Assembly (NCBI RefSeq): GCF_000743755.1
Contig: NW_014569473.1
Location: 1-40,836 of the forward strand
DNA: 40,836 nt
DNA from: Blastocystis sp. subtype 4
Taxonomy: Eukaryota
Direction: 5' to 3'
Of this stretch, positions 1 to 10,984 are shown piece after piece. Below the pieces are notes generated by a model, which had not been told where the DNA came from, did no database searches, and was given only the letters and a program-made list of their open reading frames with translations. The position numbers and the translations under genes are program-made. Position 1 is the stretch's first letter; every line of letters starts with the position of its first letter.

Positions 1-3000
1 CCTGCCGTTGATAATGGTGAAATCTCTTCGATTGGTTGTCCTGAATACTATGAAGGAACGATTGAGAGACTTTGTACAAATGGAGTGTTGGGTGAGCCTG
101 TGAATCATTGTTCACCTTCAATGCCCAGTATTGTGTTGGAGGTTTCGGAATATGTGGTTGTTACCAACCGGGCGATTACTCCTATTGAGCCTGTGATAGC
201 TGGAGCTGAATACAGTGTATCCATCACTCCTTCTCTTCCTACTGGATTGAGTGTTGATTCTGAGACTGGAGTGATTTCTGGTATTCCTTCTGTTGTAACT
301 GAAGCTACCACTTACACTCTGACTGTGACTAATGCTGCTGGCTCTAATTCTGCGAGTATCCTAATCACAGTGAATCAGGGTCCTATCGATTGTGAGGCTG
401 ATGGTGATTATCCTGCTGTTGAAGATGGAGCTACTTCATCGATTGCTTGTCCTGAATACTATACTGGAACAATTGAGAGACTTTGTTCAGCTGGAGTATT
501 GGGCGATCCTGTGAACAATTGCATTCCTTCCATTCCTACCATTAGTCTTCCTACCAATTCTTTTACCTTCTACACTTATGAGACGATTGAGCCAATTGTT
601 CCTGTGATTGTTGGAGTTGAGTATACTGTTCGTGTGGAGCCTTCTCTTCCTGCTGGCTTAACATGCGATAATGCAACCGGTATTATTAGTGGTACTCCCA
701 CAGAAGCCAGAGATTTGGTGTTCTATCGTATCTTTGTGGAGAATGAAGGTGGTGAAGCTCGAGGATCTTTCAGTCTTACAGTCGTGTTGGTGGAACGTGA
801 TTGTGAAGCTGATGGTGATTATCCTGCTGCTTCCTCAGGAAGTACTTCGTCTATTGCTTGTCCTCCTTTGTATTCTGGTAGTATCACACGTCTGTGTTAT
901 GATGGTACTTTTGGTGAACCTGTGAATAATTGCAATCCTTCTGAACCTGCTTCTGTTGTGATTAGTCCTAGTGAAATTACTGCAGTCACCAACAGAGCTA
1001 TTGAGCCTATTGTGCCTATGATTGAAGCTGCTGAGTATATTGTAAGTGTATCTCCTTCTCTTCCTACTGGATTGAATCTTGATTCTGAGACTGGTGTGAT
1101 TTCTGGTATTCCTTCTGTTGTAACTCCTATGACTACTTACACTCTGACTGTGACTAATGTGGGTGGTTCCAAGACGGCTTCGTTCAGTCTTACTATTGAG
1201 CAGGGTCCTATCGATTGTGAGGCTGATGGTGATTTTTACGCTGTTGAAGATGGACAGACATCTTCGATTGCTTGTCCTGAATACTATACTGGAACAATTG
1301 ATCGTTTGTGTACTCATGGTGTGTTCGGTGAGCCCGTTGACAATTGTGTTGTTATAACTCCTTCTATCTCTCTGAGTATTGATGAATATTCTTTCACGGA
1401 AACGTATGAGATTGAACCAATTGTTCCACTTATTTTTGCTGCCGAGTACACTGTATCTGTGAGTCCTGATCTTCCTCTTGGTCTATTTTTGAATGAGACT
1501 ACTGGTGTAATCTCTGGTACTCCTGAAGTTACTCTTTCTTCTTCTACTTTCACTCTGACTGTGACTAATGCTGCTGGTTCTGCTACTGTACCATTCGTGA
1601 TGCAGATTGTGGTTGCTACTCGTGATTGTGATGCTACTGATAGTCTGCCTGAGACAGCTGATGGTGCAACTGTTGCTACCAGCTGTGATGAGGGTGAGGA
1701 AGGATATAAGATTATGAAGTGTGTCTATGGTGAATTCACTCTTATTCAGTCTTCTTGTACGCCTCGTCAACCTCTCTTCCTCTATGGTGTCTCTTCCTTA
1801 TCCTTGAAGGTTGGCCAGACCATTACTCCTCTCATTCTTGTTACTGATCTTACAGATCTCGATATCACCATTACTCCTTCTCTTCCTCAGGGTCTCACTA
1901 TCTCTTCTGATGGTGTTATCTCTGGTTCTCCTTCTGCTCCTCTTGAACTCACTACCTTCACAATTGCTTCTGGTGATGTCTCTACTCATTTGGATCTGAC
2001 TGTGTCTGTTGTGACTTGTCCTGCTATTGACTCATTCTCTGAGACTGTTAGTGGATCCTCAGCTATTGTGTCTGATATGTGTCCTGAAGGTGAACAAGGT
2101 ACTGTTTCTCGTAGTTGTGAGGATGGTGTATGGTCTTCAGCAATAAGAAGTTGTACACCAATTCCTCCTTCATCTCTATCGTACAGTATGTCTTCAATCC
2201 TTGCTCAAGTGGGTGTTCCAATTTCTATTCTGACACCTTCTGTCTCTGGAACTGTTTCTTCATTCTCTGTGAGTCCTTCACTTCCTTCTGGTTTATCTCT
2301 CTCTCAGGATGGAGTGTTGTCTGGTGTTCCTACACAGATTCAAACTGCTCAGACTTATACAATCAGAGCTGAATATGCTAGTTCTTCGACTTCATTCACA
2401 ATTACGATTACTGTGAGTGCTGCTGATTGTGGAGATGTGTTGAATGGCTCAGAGCAAAGCTTACCTTGTCCTGATGGATATGAAGGATCAATTCGACGAA
2501 TGTGTACAAATGGTGTGTTGGGTGAGAGTATGAATCAGTGTTCTCCTGTTCAGCCTTCATCTCTATCGTATCCTAGTTTCAATGGTGTTCTTACTCTGAA
2601 TGCAGAGTTCACATCACCTTATCCTAGTGTGAATGGATTGAATGTTACTTACTCAATCACTCCTGAGCTTCCTAATGGATTGAGCTTGAATCAGGATACT
2701 GGTTTGATTTCTGGTAAGGGAGAAGTATTGAGTGATAGTACTACTTATACTGTGAGTGCTTCAAACATTGGTGGAAGTACTGAGACTGTGATAAGTCTGA
2801 GTGTGGTGAAGGCAATCTGTGAGAAGACAAGTGATCTGGAAGCAACAAGTGTGGATGAAGAAGTGAGTGTGGTATGTGGTGTGAAGGGAACGAGTGTATA
2901 CAAGTGTGTATTGAGTAGTGATGGAGTGAATGCAGAATGGTCTGTACCAGATGAATGGTGTGAAACTCGTTCAGTTAAGATTGAAATCGTAATTGGAATC

Positions 3001-3147
3001 TGCTTATTAGTGTTGGGTGTGATTATTGGTATTGTGGCACTTATTCTGTTTTTCGTTATGGGTAAGAAGACACTTCCTGTGAAGGACAAACCTGAAGTGA
3101 AACCTCCAGTACCTGCTACTACTGACCCTGAGGCAGCTAAGATTTAG
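1..3147 (+). CDS. Large type I membrane surface protein (5' truncated): 7 putative Ig (He_PIG-like) repeats alternating with 4-Cys modules, C-terminal TM helix and short tail
   Basis: Frame 1 is open from base 1 (PAVDNGEISSIGCPEYYEG...) to TAG 3145-3147 with no intron. Seven 'LPxGL..D..TG.ISG.P...YT.TVTN..GS' units are separated by 'C...CP.YY.G.I.R.C..G....P.N.C' modules. Hydrophobic IVIGICLLVLGVIIGIVALILFFV lies near the C-terminus. Confidence 0.85.
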   Translation, partial: PAVDNGEISSIGCPEYYEGTIERLCTNGVLGEPVNHCSPSMPSIVLEVSEYVVVTNRAITPIEPVIAGAEYSVSITPSLPTGLSVDSETGVISGIPSVVTEATTYTLTVTNAAGSNSASILITVNQGPIDCEADGDYPAVEDGATSSIACPEYYTGTIERLCSAGVLGDPVNNCIPSIPTISLPTNSFTFYTYETIEPIVPVIVGVEYTVRVEPSLPAGLTCDNATGIISGTPTEARDLVFYRIFVENEGGEARGSFSLTVVLVERDCEADGDYPAASSGSTSSIACPPLYSGSITRLCYDGTFGEPVNNCNPSEPASVVISPSEITAVTNRAIEPIVPMIEAAEYIVSVSPSLPTGLNLDSETGVISGIPSVVTPMTTYTLTVTNVGGSKTASFSLTIEQGPIDCEADGDFYAVEDGQTSSIACPEYYTGTIDRLCTHGVFGEPVDNCVVITPSISLSIDEYSFTETYEIEPIVPLIFAAEYTVSVSPDLPLGLFLNETTGVISGTPEVTLSSSTFTLTVTNAAGSATVPFVMQIVVATRDCDATDSLPETADGATVATSCDEGEEGYKIMKCVYGEFTLIQSSCTPRQPLFLYGVSSLSLKVGQTITPLILVTDLTDLDITITPSLPQGLTISSDGVISGSPSAPLELTTFTIASGDVSTHLDLTVSVVTCPAIDSFSETVSGSSAIVSDMCPEGEQGTVSRSCEDGVWSSAIRSCTPIPPSSLSYSMSSILAQVGVPISILTPSVSGTVSSFSVSPSLPSGLSLSQDGVLSGVPTQIQTAQTYTIRAEYASSSTSFTITITVSAADCGDVLNGSEQSLPCPDGYEGSIRRMCTNGVLGESMNQCSPVQPSSLSYPSFNGVLTLNAEFTSPYPSVNGLNVTYSITPELPNGLSLNQDTGLISGKGEVLSDSTTYTVSASNIGGSTETVISLSVVKAICEKTSDLEATSVDEEVSVVCGVKGTSVYKCVLSSDGVNAEWSVPDEWCETRSVKIEIVIGICLLVLGVIIGIVALILFFVMGKKTLPVKDKPEVKPPVPATTDPEAAKI

Positions 3148-3182
3148 CTTTTCTAATGATTCGGATGTTTTCTAGAACGTTT

Positions 3183-3190
3183 TGTTTGTT
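3183..3190 (+). terminator. TGTTTGTT 3'-end/polyadenylation element
   Basis: Exact motif 35 nt after the stop of the upstream gene. The same motif recurs at many gene ends in the window. Confidence 0.7.
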
Positions 3191-3249
3191 GTATACGTTA
3201 TTCGATTTTGAACATTCCCTTGAAATTGTTCAAACAATCGATCTTGAAT

Positions 3250-4336
3250 ATGAGCTTTTACGATGTAGGAGTTGTGCAGGTAGATGTAATTGAAAGAGTA
3301 CAGGCAATCCGTCAGCTGATATCGCAAAAGTGTTCGATAGTAGTGATGAGTCGGACGAATTGGATATGTTATTGCCAGACATTTTTATAATCTTGTAGGG
3401 ATGGTATTTCATCCATTCAACAACGTCTACCCAAGAAACAAATTGAAGTGAAAGAGGGGAACAGATTTAAACTAAACAGATTTACGGCTGAAGTTCCAGA
3501 AAAAGTAGGAGTTCTAAGTGGTTTGTTGACGAATAGACACATTTACTACGTCTGCCTGCTGCTTTTGGTATCCAGGAGAAACCATTCGACAGAACAACAT
3601 ATTCTGAGCAGGAGGAATTGGCTGAGTTGGTTGAGAAGAAAAGAACAAGTCGAGCAGAAGCTCTTATTCGTTGGAGATGGAAAAAAGACTCGAATGGAAT
3701 TGTTGTATTAATTGAAGGGTTTGGTGAAAAGTAGATACGGGATGCTCGAGGAAAACCCATACGAGAGTCAAATGCTCGTATTGTAAAATGGTCGGATGGG
3801 TCCTATCAGTTGTTGATTGGTGATGATAATGTGATTGATCTTCAACTCCAAGACAATGCCGAAAACTCCCAATTTGTTGTAGCAGTGGAAGTAAATAATA
3901 TTTCGACTTAAGATTTGTAGAAGGCTGTTAATGAGGATACAGAACGGGAGAGTGAAATGTTGGAGGTGGAGAGTCATTTGAGTTCACGAATGGTATTTTC
4001 ACCACGTCATCTTGCTCCTCTTCCGAAGGATCTGGCCGAGAAACAGCGTGATGCAATTGACTTCATATTGAATGCTCCAGAAAAGAGTGTAGGAATGAAT
4101 AGAAGGGAGTTAGAAAATAGATGACAGGAAAGGGAAGGAGAGGTACTCGGACTCGCAATCATGCTGTTAAAGACAAGGCGATGGATCGCGATTTCCTTGT
4201 AGAAGATGAAGATGATGATATGAACCTATCAAATATTAAAGAAAAAGGTCGTAGTGGCCGTTTTACGAGTAAGTGACATAGGATGATTATTATAGTGTTA
4301 GTGGAGTACGAAGATGATTATTCAAATGAAGAATAA
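3250..4336 (+). CDS. LEO1: PAF1 complex subunit Leo1 (multi-exon)
   Basis: Spliced translation gives LLRLPAAFGIQEKPFDRTTY...LIRWRWKKD...RESNARIVKWSDGSYQLLIGD, the Leo1 signature. Acidic tail, TAA 4334-4336, TGTTTGTT 4346-4353. Start is approximate. Confidence 0.85.
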
Positions 4337-4418
4337 GGTGTTGAGTGTTTGTTAGATAATTGATTCTCTCTGAAGGGTTCTATAACCCTAATAGGCATTC
4401 TGGTCCATTTTTAGTGTA

Positions 4419-7400
4419 ATGCATATGGAAAGTGATGGTAAATGTGAAGTATCGAGTTGATAATGCAGAGTCATTCATTAATGGATTGGATTTTCATGAA
4501 CTAGATCAGATTGACATGGAAATGTATTTATTTGATGGAATAGTTGAAAGGAAGGGAAATGGAATCCAAACGTCTTAAAACAGTAATAAAACGTCCAACT
4601 GTCTATCATGGGGTTGTAACAGACTACTCAAAACGAGAGAATCTGGATACTCCCAATCGTCAGGACGTTGTCCTAACTATTGATATTTCGAAATGCAGCC
4701 AACAGGCATATCTTGATATACCAATATCAACAGAATCATATCCTTTAACAGTGGTTCTTCAGGGAGACTGGTAATATTTGATTACGCCTATAATATAGGT
4801 CATCGACAATAGTACAACCAGGTAATATTGTGAACGTGATTGTATTGACTTCTGGTCCGAATGCCTCAACAGTGTTTGTTACAATGTCTAACAACAATTT
4901 TCTGGTTGTTTTTCCTGATATCCTTCTGACATCAACGAATCTAGCTGTATCTTTCAATTGTCTTCGTAGATCTGTGCTTTCGAGTTTCATGACATGTTAT
5001 CAAGAGAACAAATTTGCTATTTTTGGCCGTCTACGTCATGATTTAATGGAGGTTGTGTTGATCTGGACTGTTCATGTGTAGTATGCTTCAAGTCTGGTTG
5101 GAAGTGGCATAGCAGATGGTGTTTCTACTCAAAATGTGCTTCCTCGATTGATTCAATTGCTTCATATGAAGATCCTAGTTCTGATTCGCAGATCAATTGA
5201 AGAAATCTATCGAAACAACACTGATATCAAAGAACTGTATGAAGGTCTTCACAGCAGCATTCCTGGTATTTTGCAATGGTATACACTCTGTTCTCATCAA
5301 CTCAATTCGTCGATCAAAGTAAAGCAGATTCTCAAAACGGAAGATGTATTGTGGTGTCCAGAATGGGGGTTAAAAGGTATTATTGATGTGTCCTGCAAGG
5401 TTTCAGTCGGTTCACAGGAATTCCTGATTCCTGTGGAAATCAAAACGGGATCAGAGGAACCAGTGTCTCATAATGCACAGATTCTTTTGTATTCTATTCT
5501 CCTTTCACAGCGAGATACTCAATCCGATTTCATTCTCTGTCGAACCCAAAGTATATCAGGTCTTTTGGTTTACCTGAAATCAGAACAACTCAAAGATTTT
5601 AACCCTGTTAGTCAGTCCAGTTATAATGAAATCAAACAAGAATTGGAAACAGGGAAACGAGGAAACTACATCATATCCCTTCTCCAATATATAAAGAAGC
5701 AAACAGAGTATCTTCTAAATCCCTCTCTACAGAACCCCATAACACGGCCACCTTGTCAGTTATCATTCAATCAACAAACCATTTCACTCCATCATCTCCG
5801 TTATTTGATAATGCGACGAAATCTAATTGTTACATATAAGGAACAACGACAGAGGCTTCTTAGAAGGGTGGCTAAGAATTCACTGAAGACATACAATGAC
5901 GGATTCGCAAAGAATGACAGAAATGGATATGATATTGAGGATATGGCTCCAGAACTACCTGATCCTTGTTCAAATGGGATTCATTGCGAGAAGTGTGGTT
6001 ATTTACCAATGTGTGCGATTCTGGCTAAATTAGACGAGGTTCCCAGTTGTAAGAGATCATCTGTCTTTCCAGAAAGACAGATCTCACAAAACCATGTGAT
6101 ATCAGGATATACGAAGGGAATCACTTCAAGCTCAGTGAAGTACTTCAAGAGATGGGTTGAATTGGTAGTTTTTTTGTCATTTGTAGTTTTCACTTATTCA
6201 GTTGGAACGATGTTGTGAAGAGAGTGATGAAGGTTGGCTTTGGACACAATCAACCCATCAAAGGGAAGCTTTGGGTCTAACATTATCTGGAGTGAATCTG
6301 ATGAAAATGGAAGAATGTGAAGAGAAACTTCATTATCATACGATTCATCAGGAGAAAAGAAAATGTGGTCATAGGAATGGTTTTATCTATTGTTTTGAAA
6401 TCACATCAATATCAACTCATTCCTTTAGTGAAGGTGATCAAGTGATCGTTAGTGGTTGTAATGGTGAATGGGGATTGTTCTATGGGAATATTGATTCCAT
6501 TCAATCTCATTCTGAAGGAATGGTAGTAATTGTATCAAGCATGACTCAAATTGTCATTCCTGGTATCCCTTCACCTGTCAGTCATTTGTTTCGTATCGAT
6601 CGATATCGATCAGTTGATCTGAGTTTGGTAGCTGTTCATAACTTGGTTCAGTTTGTGGCACACCGAGAATCTGATACAGAATCATCACAACCATTGGAGA
6701 CATTGTTCTCTCAGCGTGGTGCTGATGTTGATACGAACAATATAGTAATGAGTTGGCCTTCATTAAGACGTATACGAGAGATTGTCATTGATGGAGATGA
6801 TCCTCAAATTGGTACTCATTATCAAAGTGTATGGGATTGGATGAATGAGAAACAGAAACTCTCACAGCAATCTCTGTTGACTGCTGTCTATTCGTTGCTT
6901 CTTCAATGTAATCCAGATCAACAGAAAGCCATTGTGTTAGCACTGAATTCGAAAGATTTGGCTATCGTTCAGGGTTTACCAGGAACGGGAAAGACACTTG
7001 TGATTATGGTTCTTTGTCTAATGTTTGTTGTGGAGGGGAAGAGAGTATTAATCAGTTCTCATACTCATTCTGCAATTGATAATGTACTAATGAAGTTAAT
7101 TCCTTATAGTGAGAGAAGAATGTAGAGTTTATGAATAGAGTTATCCATTCTTCGATTAGGTGAACAATCACGAGTTCATCCACTAGTTCGTCCATATACT
7201 CTCTCATCTCTCTGGTCAGGAAAATTGGATGATTATCTCTTCCTTCAAAATCATAGTCAGATTGTTGGAGCTACAGTTTATACCAATATCTCTCAATTTC
7301 CTAGGAATATTATCTTTGATTACTGTATTGTTGATGAAGCAGGTCAGATCACGGAACCATCCATCCTTCAAGTGATGCTTTTAGCTAGGAGAGTGTTGTT

Positions 7401-8258
7401 AGTTGGTGATTCCAAACAACTTCCTCCTCTGGTTCAGAGTGATATTAATAACGAAGATGGACTAAGTGTATCACTACTAACTCGGCTTGAGAATCGGAGT
7501 ACTAGTGATGCCTTCTCAGTTCACCTAACAATTCAATATCGAATGAATGAAGCAGTAATGGGTTTGTCAAATCATTTGATATATGATGATTGTATGAAGG
7601 CAGGGAATGATACAGTGAGAAATGAAGAATGCAGTAATGAGTAGGTAAGGTTGGCAAAATTGGAGTTTACTCCTCCTCCAACCTGTTCTCAATGGTTAAA
7701 ACAGACCCTTCTTCCTGAACACAGTGTTGTATTTCTGAATACTGATAGTTGTAAAGAAGGGAGTTATTGTGAACGAAAGACTCTCTCATCAAGTCATCAG
7801 AATCCGTTTGAAGCACAAATTGTGAAACAAATTGTAAGAATGATTCGTCACTAAGACAAAGATCACTACTCTCCTTGCTGGTAATATCAAAACGGATGCT
7901 ATTGGGGTGATATCTCCTTATTTAGCACAAACGATCGAGTTACAAATGATGTTAGGATGGAATGGTGTGGAAGTGTCAACAGTGGACAAGTATCAGGGTC
8001 GAGATAAGGAATGTATTATTGTATCTCTTGTAAGGAGCAATACAGAAAGACGGATTGGATCTTTACTAAGAGATTGGAGACGAATCAATGTTGCGTTTAC
8101 TCGAGCCAAGAAGAAACTGATTTTGATTGGATCTGAAACAACATTGAAAAGTGTATCTATTTGGCAAGAAGTAGAGTAAGGGATTTGTGATTGAGACATA
8201 GTGTTTGAAGTATATTAGGGAAAAATGTATATTTGTGGATGTTACTAGTTTAGAATGA
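4419..8258 (+). CDS. DNA2: DNA replication nuclease/helicase Dna2 (multi-exon)
   Basis: Fe-S cysteines (FNCLRRSVL and CEKCGYLPMC), nuclease motif WCPEWGLKGIIDV...PVEIKTG, SF1 helicase motifs QGLPGTGKT, DEAGQ, TVDKYQGRDK and RINVAFTRAK. Start uncertain; TGA 8256-8258. Confidence 0.92.
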
Positions 8259-8454
8259 GTTGTTTATTGAAAGTAAATCCAAGATCTGTCACTTATTCTC
8301 ATTATATTCTGCTATCTCACTCTTGATACAAAAATGAAGGCATCAATTATGACACAGATCGATGTAATAGAATTCAGATCAAGAATCACGGGAATCCAAT
8401 TATCAGATAATCGCGATTTTGCTATTTTCACAAGTTTCTTGTCTTTTCTCAGTG

Positions 8455-10525
8455 ATGATGAAGATTTGGTTCATGACTGTGATTCTCTTCACTTTGGCAA
8501 AGGCAGGAGAAGAAAATCATATCGTAATTCTTTATATTCCAGTTTAATGGTTAGTACAGTATTGGTGACAAGTTTTACGCTTGGACAAATAGAGTTTTTT
8601 GGTTTTCTTGTAGTTTAATGCCTAGATTGGTCCATATCATAATCCTCATGAGACCTATGACTACTTTGATCTTCCGTTTTGTAAACCAGCTATTCCTGAT
8701 GCGTTAGCTACAAAAGTGAAATAAGATGTCGTTTGTTATGAGTAGAAAGGAGGTATCTCAGAAGTGCTAGAAGGCACATCTCTTCAAAATTCGGGAATTG
8801 TATTCACGTTTGGAGTAAATTCTCCCAGGTCAACATTGTGCACGATGTAGTTATGCATTGATCATCTTAGTTTTAGAGAGTTAACAACGGAACAGACATT
8901 TCAGATGCAGATGGCTATTTCGAATCATTATTGGTATCAGGTAGTTTTTCATACTCCCTTTCATGTAGATGGAAGTAGATGGTCTTCCTATCTGGGCCAA
9001 AGTGGGTGATTTGGATATCTCCGAGGAGAAGTTGAAAGAAATTGAATCCCGAGGGAGTCATCATGATGTGATGCCTGAACATAGTCTTCTGTATACTCAT
9101 CGTCATTTCTCTTTTGGCTACAATGGTCCACATGTTGTGGAAGTGAATATGACCTCATCAGATCCTCAATTAGTTGAAACTGGAAAGTACTATTTTGATT
9201 GGTTTTCAATCTCTAGGCCAATCATCTTCTCCATTTCATCTTCTTGGGTTAAATCATCCATCCCATATGAGAAGCGATTTGATCGTTATCTGGAATACAA
9301 TTTCTTTGAATCTCAAATCCACTGGTTTAGTGTGTTCAATAGTTTTATGATTGTTGTGTTTCTTGCAGGGCTGGTAGCCCTTATCATGATTCGCACACTG
9401 AGTCTTGATTATCGTCGTTATACACAAGAATCGATGGAAGGAAGTGAATCCATAAGTCGTGATGATAGTGGCTGGAAAAGAGTTCACGGAGATGTTTTCC
9501 GTGCTTGTAGTCATCTTCCTCTGTATTCTGTCTTGATAGGAAATGGTGCACATATTGTCTACACAGTAATTGTGAGTTTAGTGTTAATTCTCACCATGGC
9601 CCAATATTTAGGTCGTAAGAAGTACGTGGAATGCTTAACTTAAGATGATCGGGTTTTGATGATTGTCTTTATTGTATATTTCTCAGGTTTCCTTGTCAAT
9701 GGATTTGTTTCTGGTTCCTTATACAAGCAATCGTTCTTTCCCCGTACCTCTCCTGGTTGGCAACGTGTAATGGTTATTAGTGCAAGTATCTTACCAAGTA
9801 ATTGCTCTATTTACATGTCATAACTAGTTATTGTGTTGATCATATACTCACTCCTCTGTTTACTCTCTATTTATTATAAAACTTTACCTTCCTTCCCTCT
9901 TCACAATGTGCTATCACTTCTTCTTATTGTTACATTCATTTGTCTTCCTTGTCAAATTATTGGCACTATTATTGGCAGGTCTATAGCAGGAAATCCACAT
10001 TATCCTTGCCGTATTTCTGCTCTTCCTTCTCCTGTTCCTCCTGCTGCATTTTATGCAAATCCGCGGTTTATTTGCATAGTTAGTGGACTTCTTCCATTTG
10101 GAGCAATTTTCATTGAGATTTTTTTCATTTTTGCTTCAATTTGGTCTTATAAGTATTATTACGTCTATGGATTCCTTGGGGCAATGATATTGATTCTCAT
10201 CATTATTCAAGTGTGCGTTAGTATCGTTGGTACATATGTCCTGTTGAATGCAGAGAATTATCATTGGAGATGGACCTCGTTTTTGAGTGGTACTTCAATT
10301 GGTTTGTACATCTTCTTCTATTGTGTATTCTTCTATTTTTGCAAGACAGAAATGAATGGATTTATCCAAGCAGCATATTTCTTTGCTGAATCGGTAAGTA
10401 TGTGTGGGTTGTGTGATGTACAGGCATTTTTAGTACTAGCGATTTCACTGTTTTGCGGTACCATATCAGCTATGGCTTCAATGATCTTTGTGAAGAGAAT
10501 CTATAAGAATATTAAGGTAGACTAA
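8455..10525 (+). CDS. Transmembrane 9 superfamily (EMP70) protein, TM9SF3-like
   Basis: Signal peptide MMKIWFMTVILFTLAKA, IGPYHNPHETYDYFDLPFC, IHWFSVFNSF, GWKRVHGDVFR, ENYHWRWTSF and C-terminal KVD. Confidence 0.9.
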
Positions 10526-10553
10526 TTGTAATTTCTTTGTTGGAGGAAACATA

Positions 10554-10721
10554 TCACAAATCGTCGTCGTCAAGACCAACCTTCTTTTCCACTTCATCGA
10601 TGCGTGTTTCCACATCTTTCAGCAACTCGCCAATTTGACCCAGATTTGCTCGTGTTTGAGATAAACACTTCACTAGTTTGGACAATTCTTCAGTGTGTGC
10701 TTGTTTTGCCAATGATTCCAT
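10554..10721 (-). CDS. 55-aa coiled-coil micro-protein
   Basis: Intronless ORF MESLAKQAHTEELSKLVKCLSQTRANLGQIGELLKDVETRIDEVEKKVGLDDDDL. Its TGA is followed at the canonical offset by a TGTTTCCT motif variant. It is below the ORF-track cutoff. Confidence 0.55.
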   Translation of the reverse strand: MESLAKQAHTEELSKLVKCLSQTRANLGQIGELLKDVETRIDEVEKKVGLDDDDL

Positions 10722-10984
10722 ATCTATTTGAAAAATTCAACACAATTCAAACCTTCAATTAATGATGTAAACTCCTTATCGAGGGTATTCATTCGCGGTA
10801 TCAGGTTACTGGATACAGTCGCATACTCATCCATATAAGGTTTCATCGACGATGTGATATCCTCCTTTCCCTTCGTTTCCATAATTCTCTGTGTTTACAC
10901 TAAAATTGTAAGTATTTCGGTCAGAGCTCCAGGAATACGCATCATTTTGGTCGAATTTGAAATCTCAAAGTCCATAACTACGGC

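Noticed and set aside
3170..3182. HSE-like TTCTAGAACGTTT
   Set aside because: Only two perfect units, and it is not next to a chaperone gene.
5300..6030. Cas4-like nuclease
   Set aside because: It is the Fe-S nuclease domain of Dna2, continuous with the SF1 helicase.
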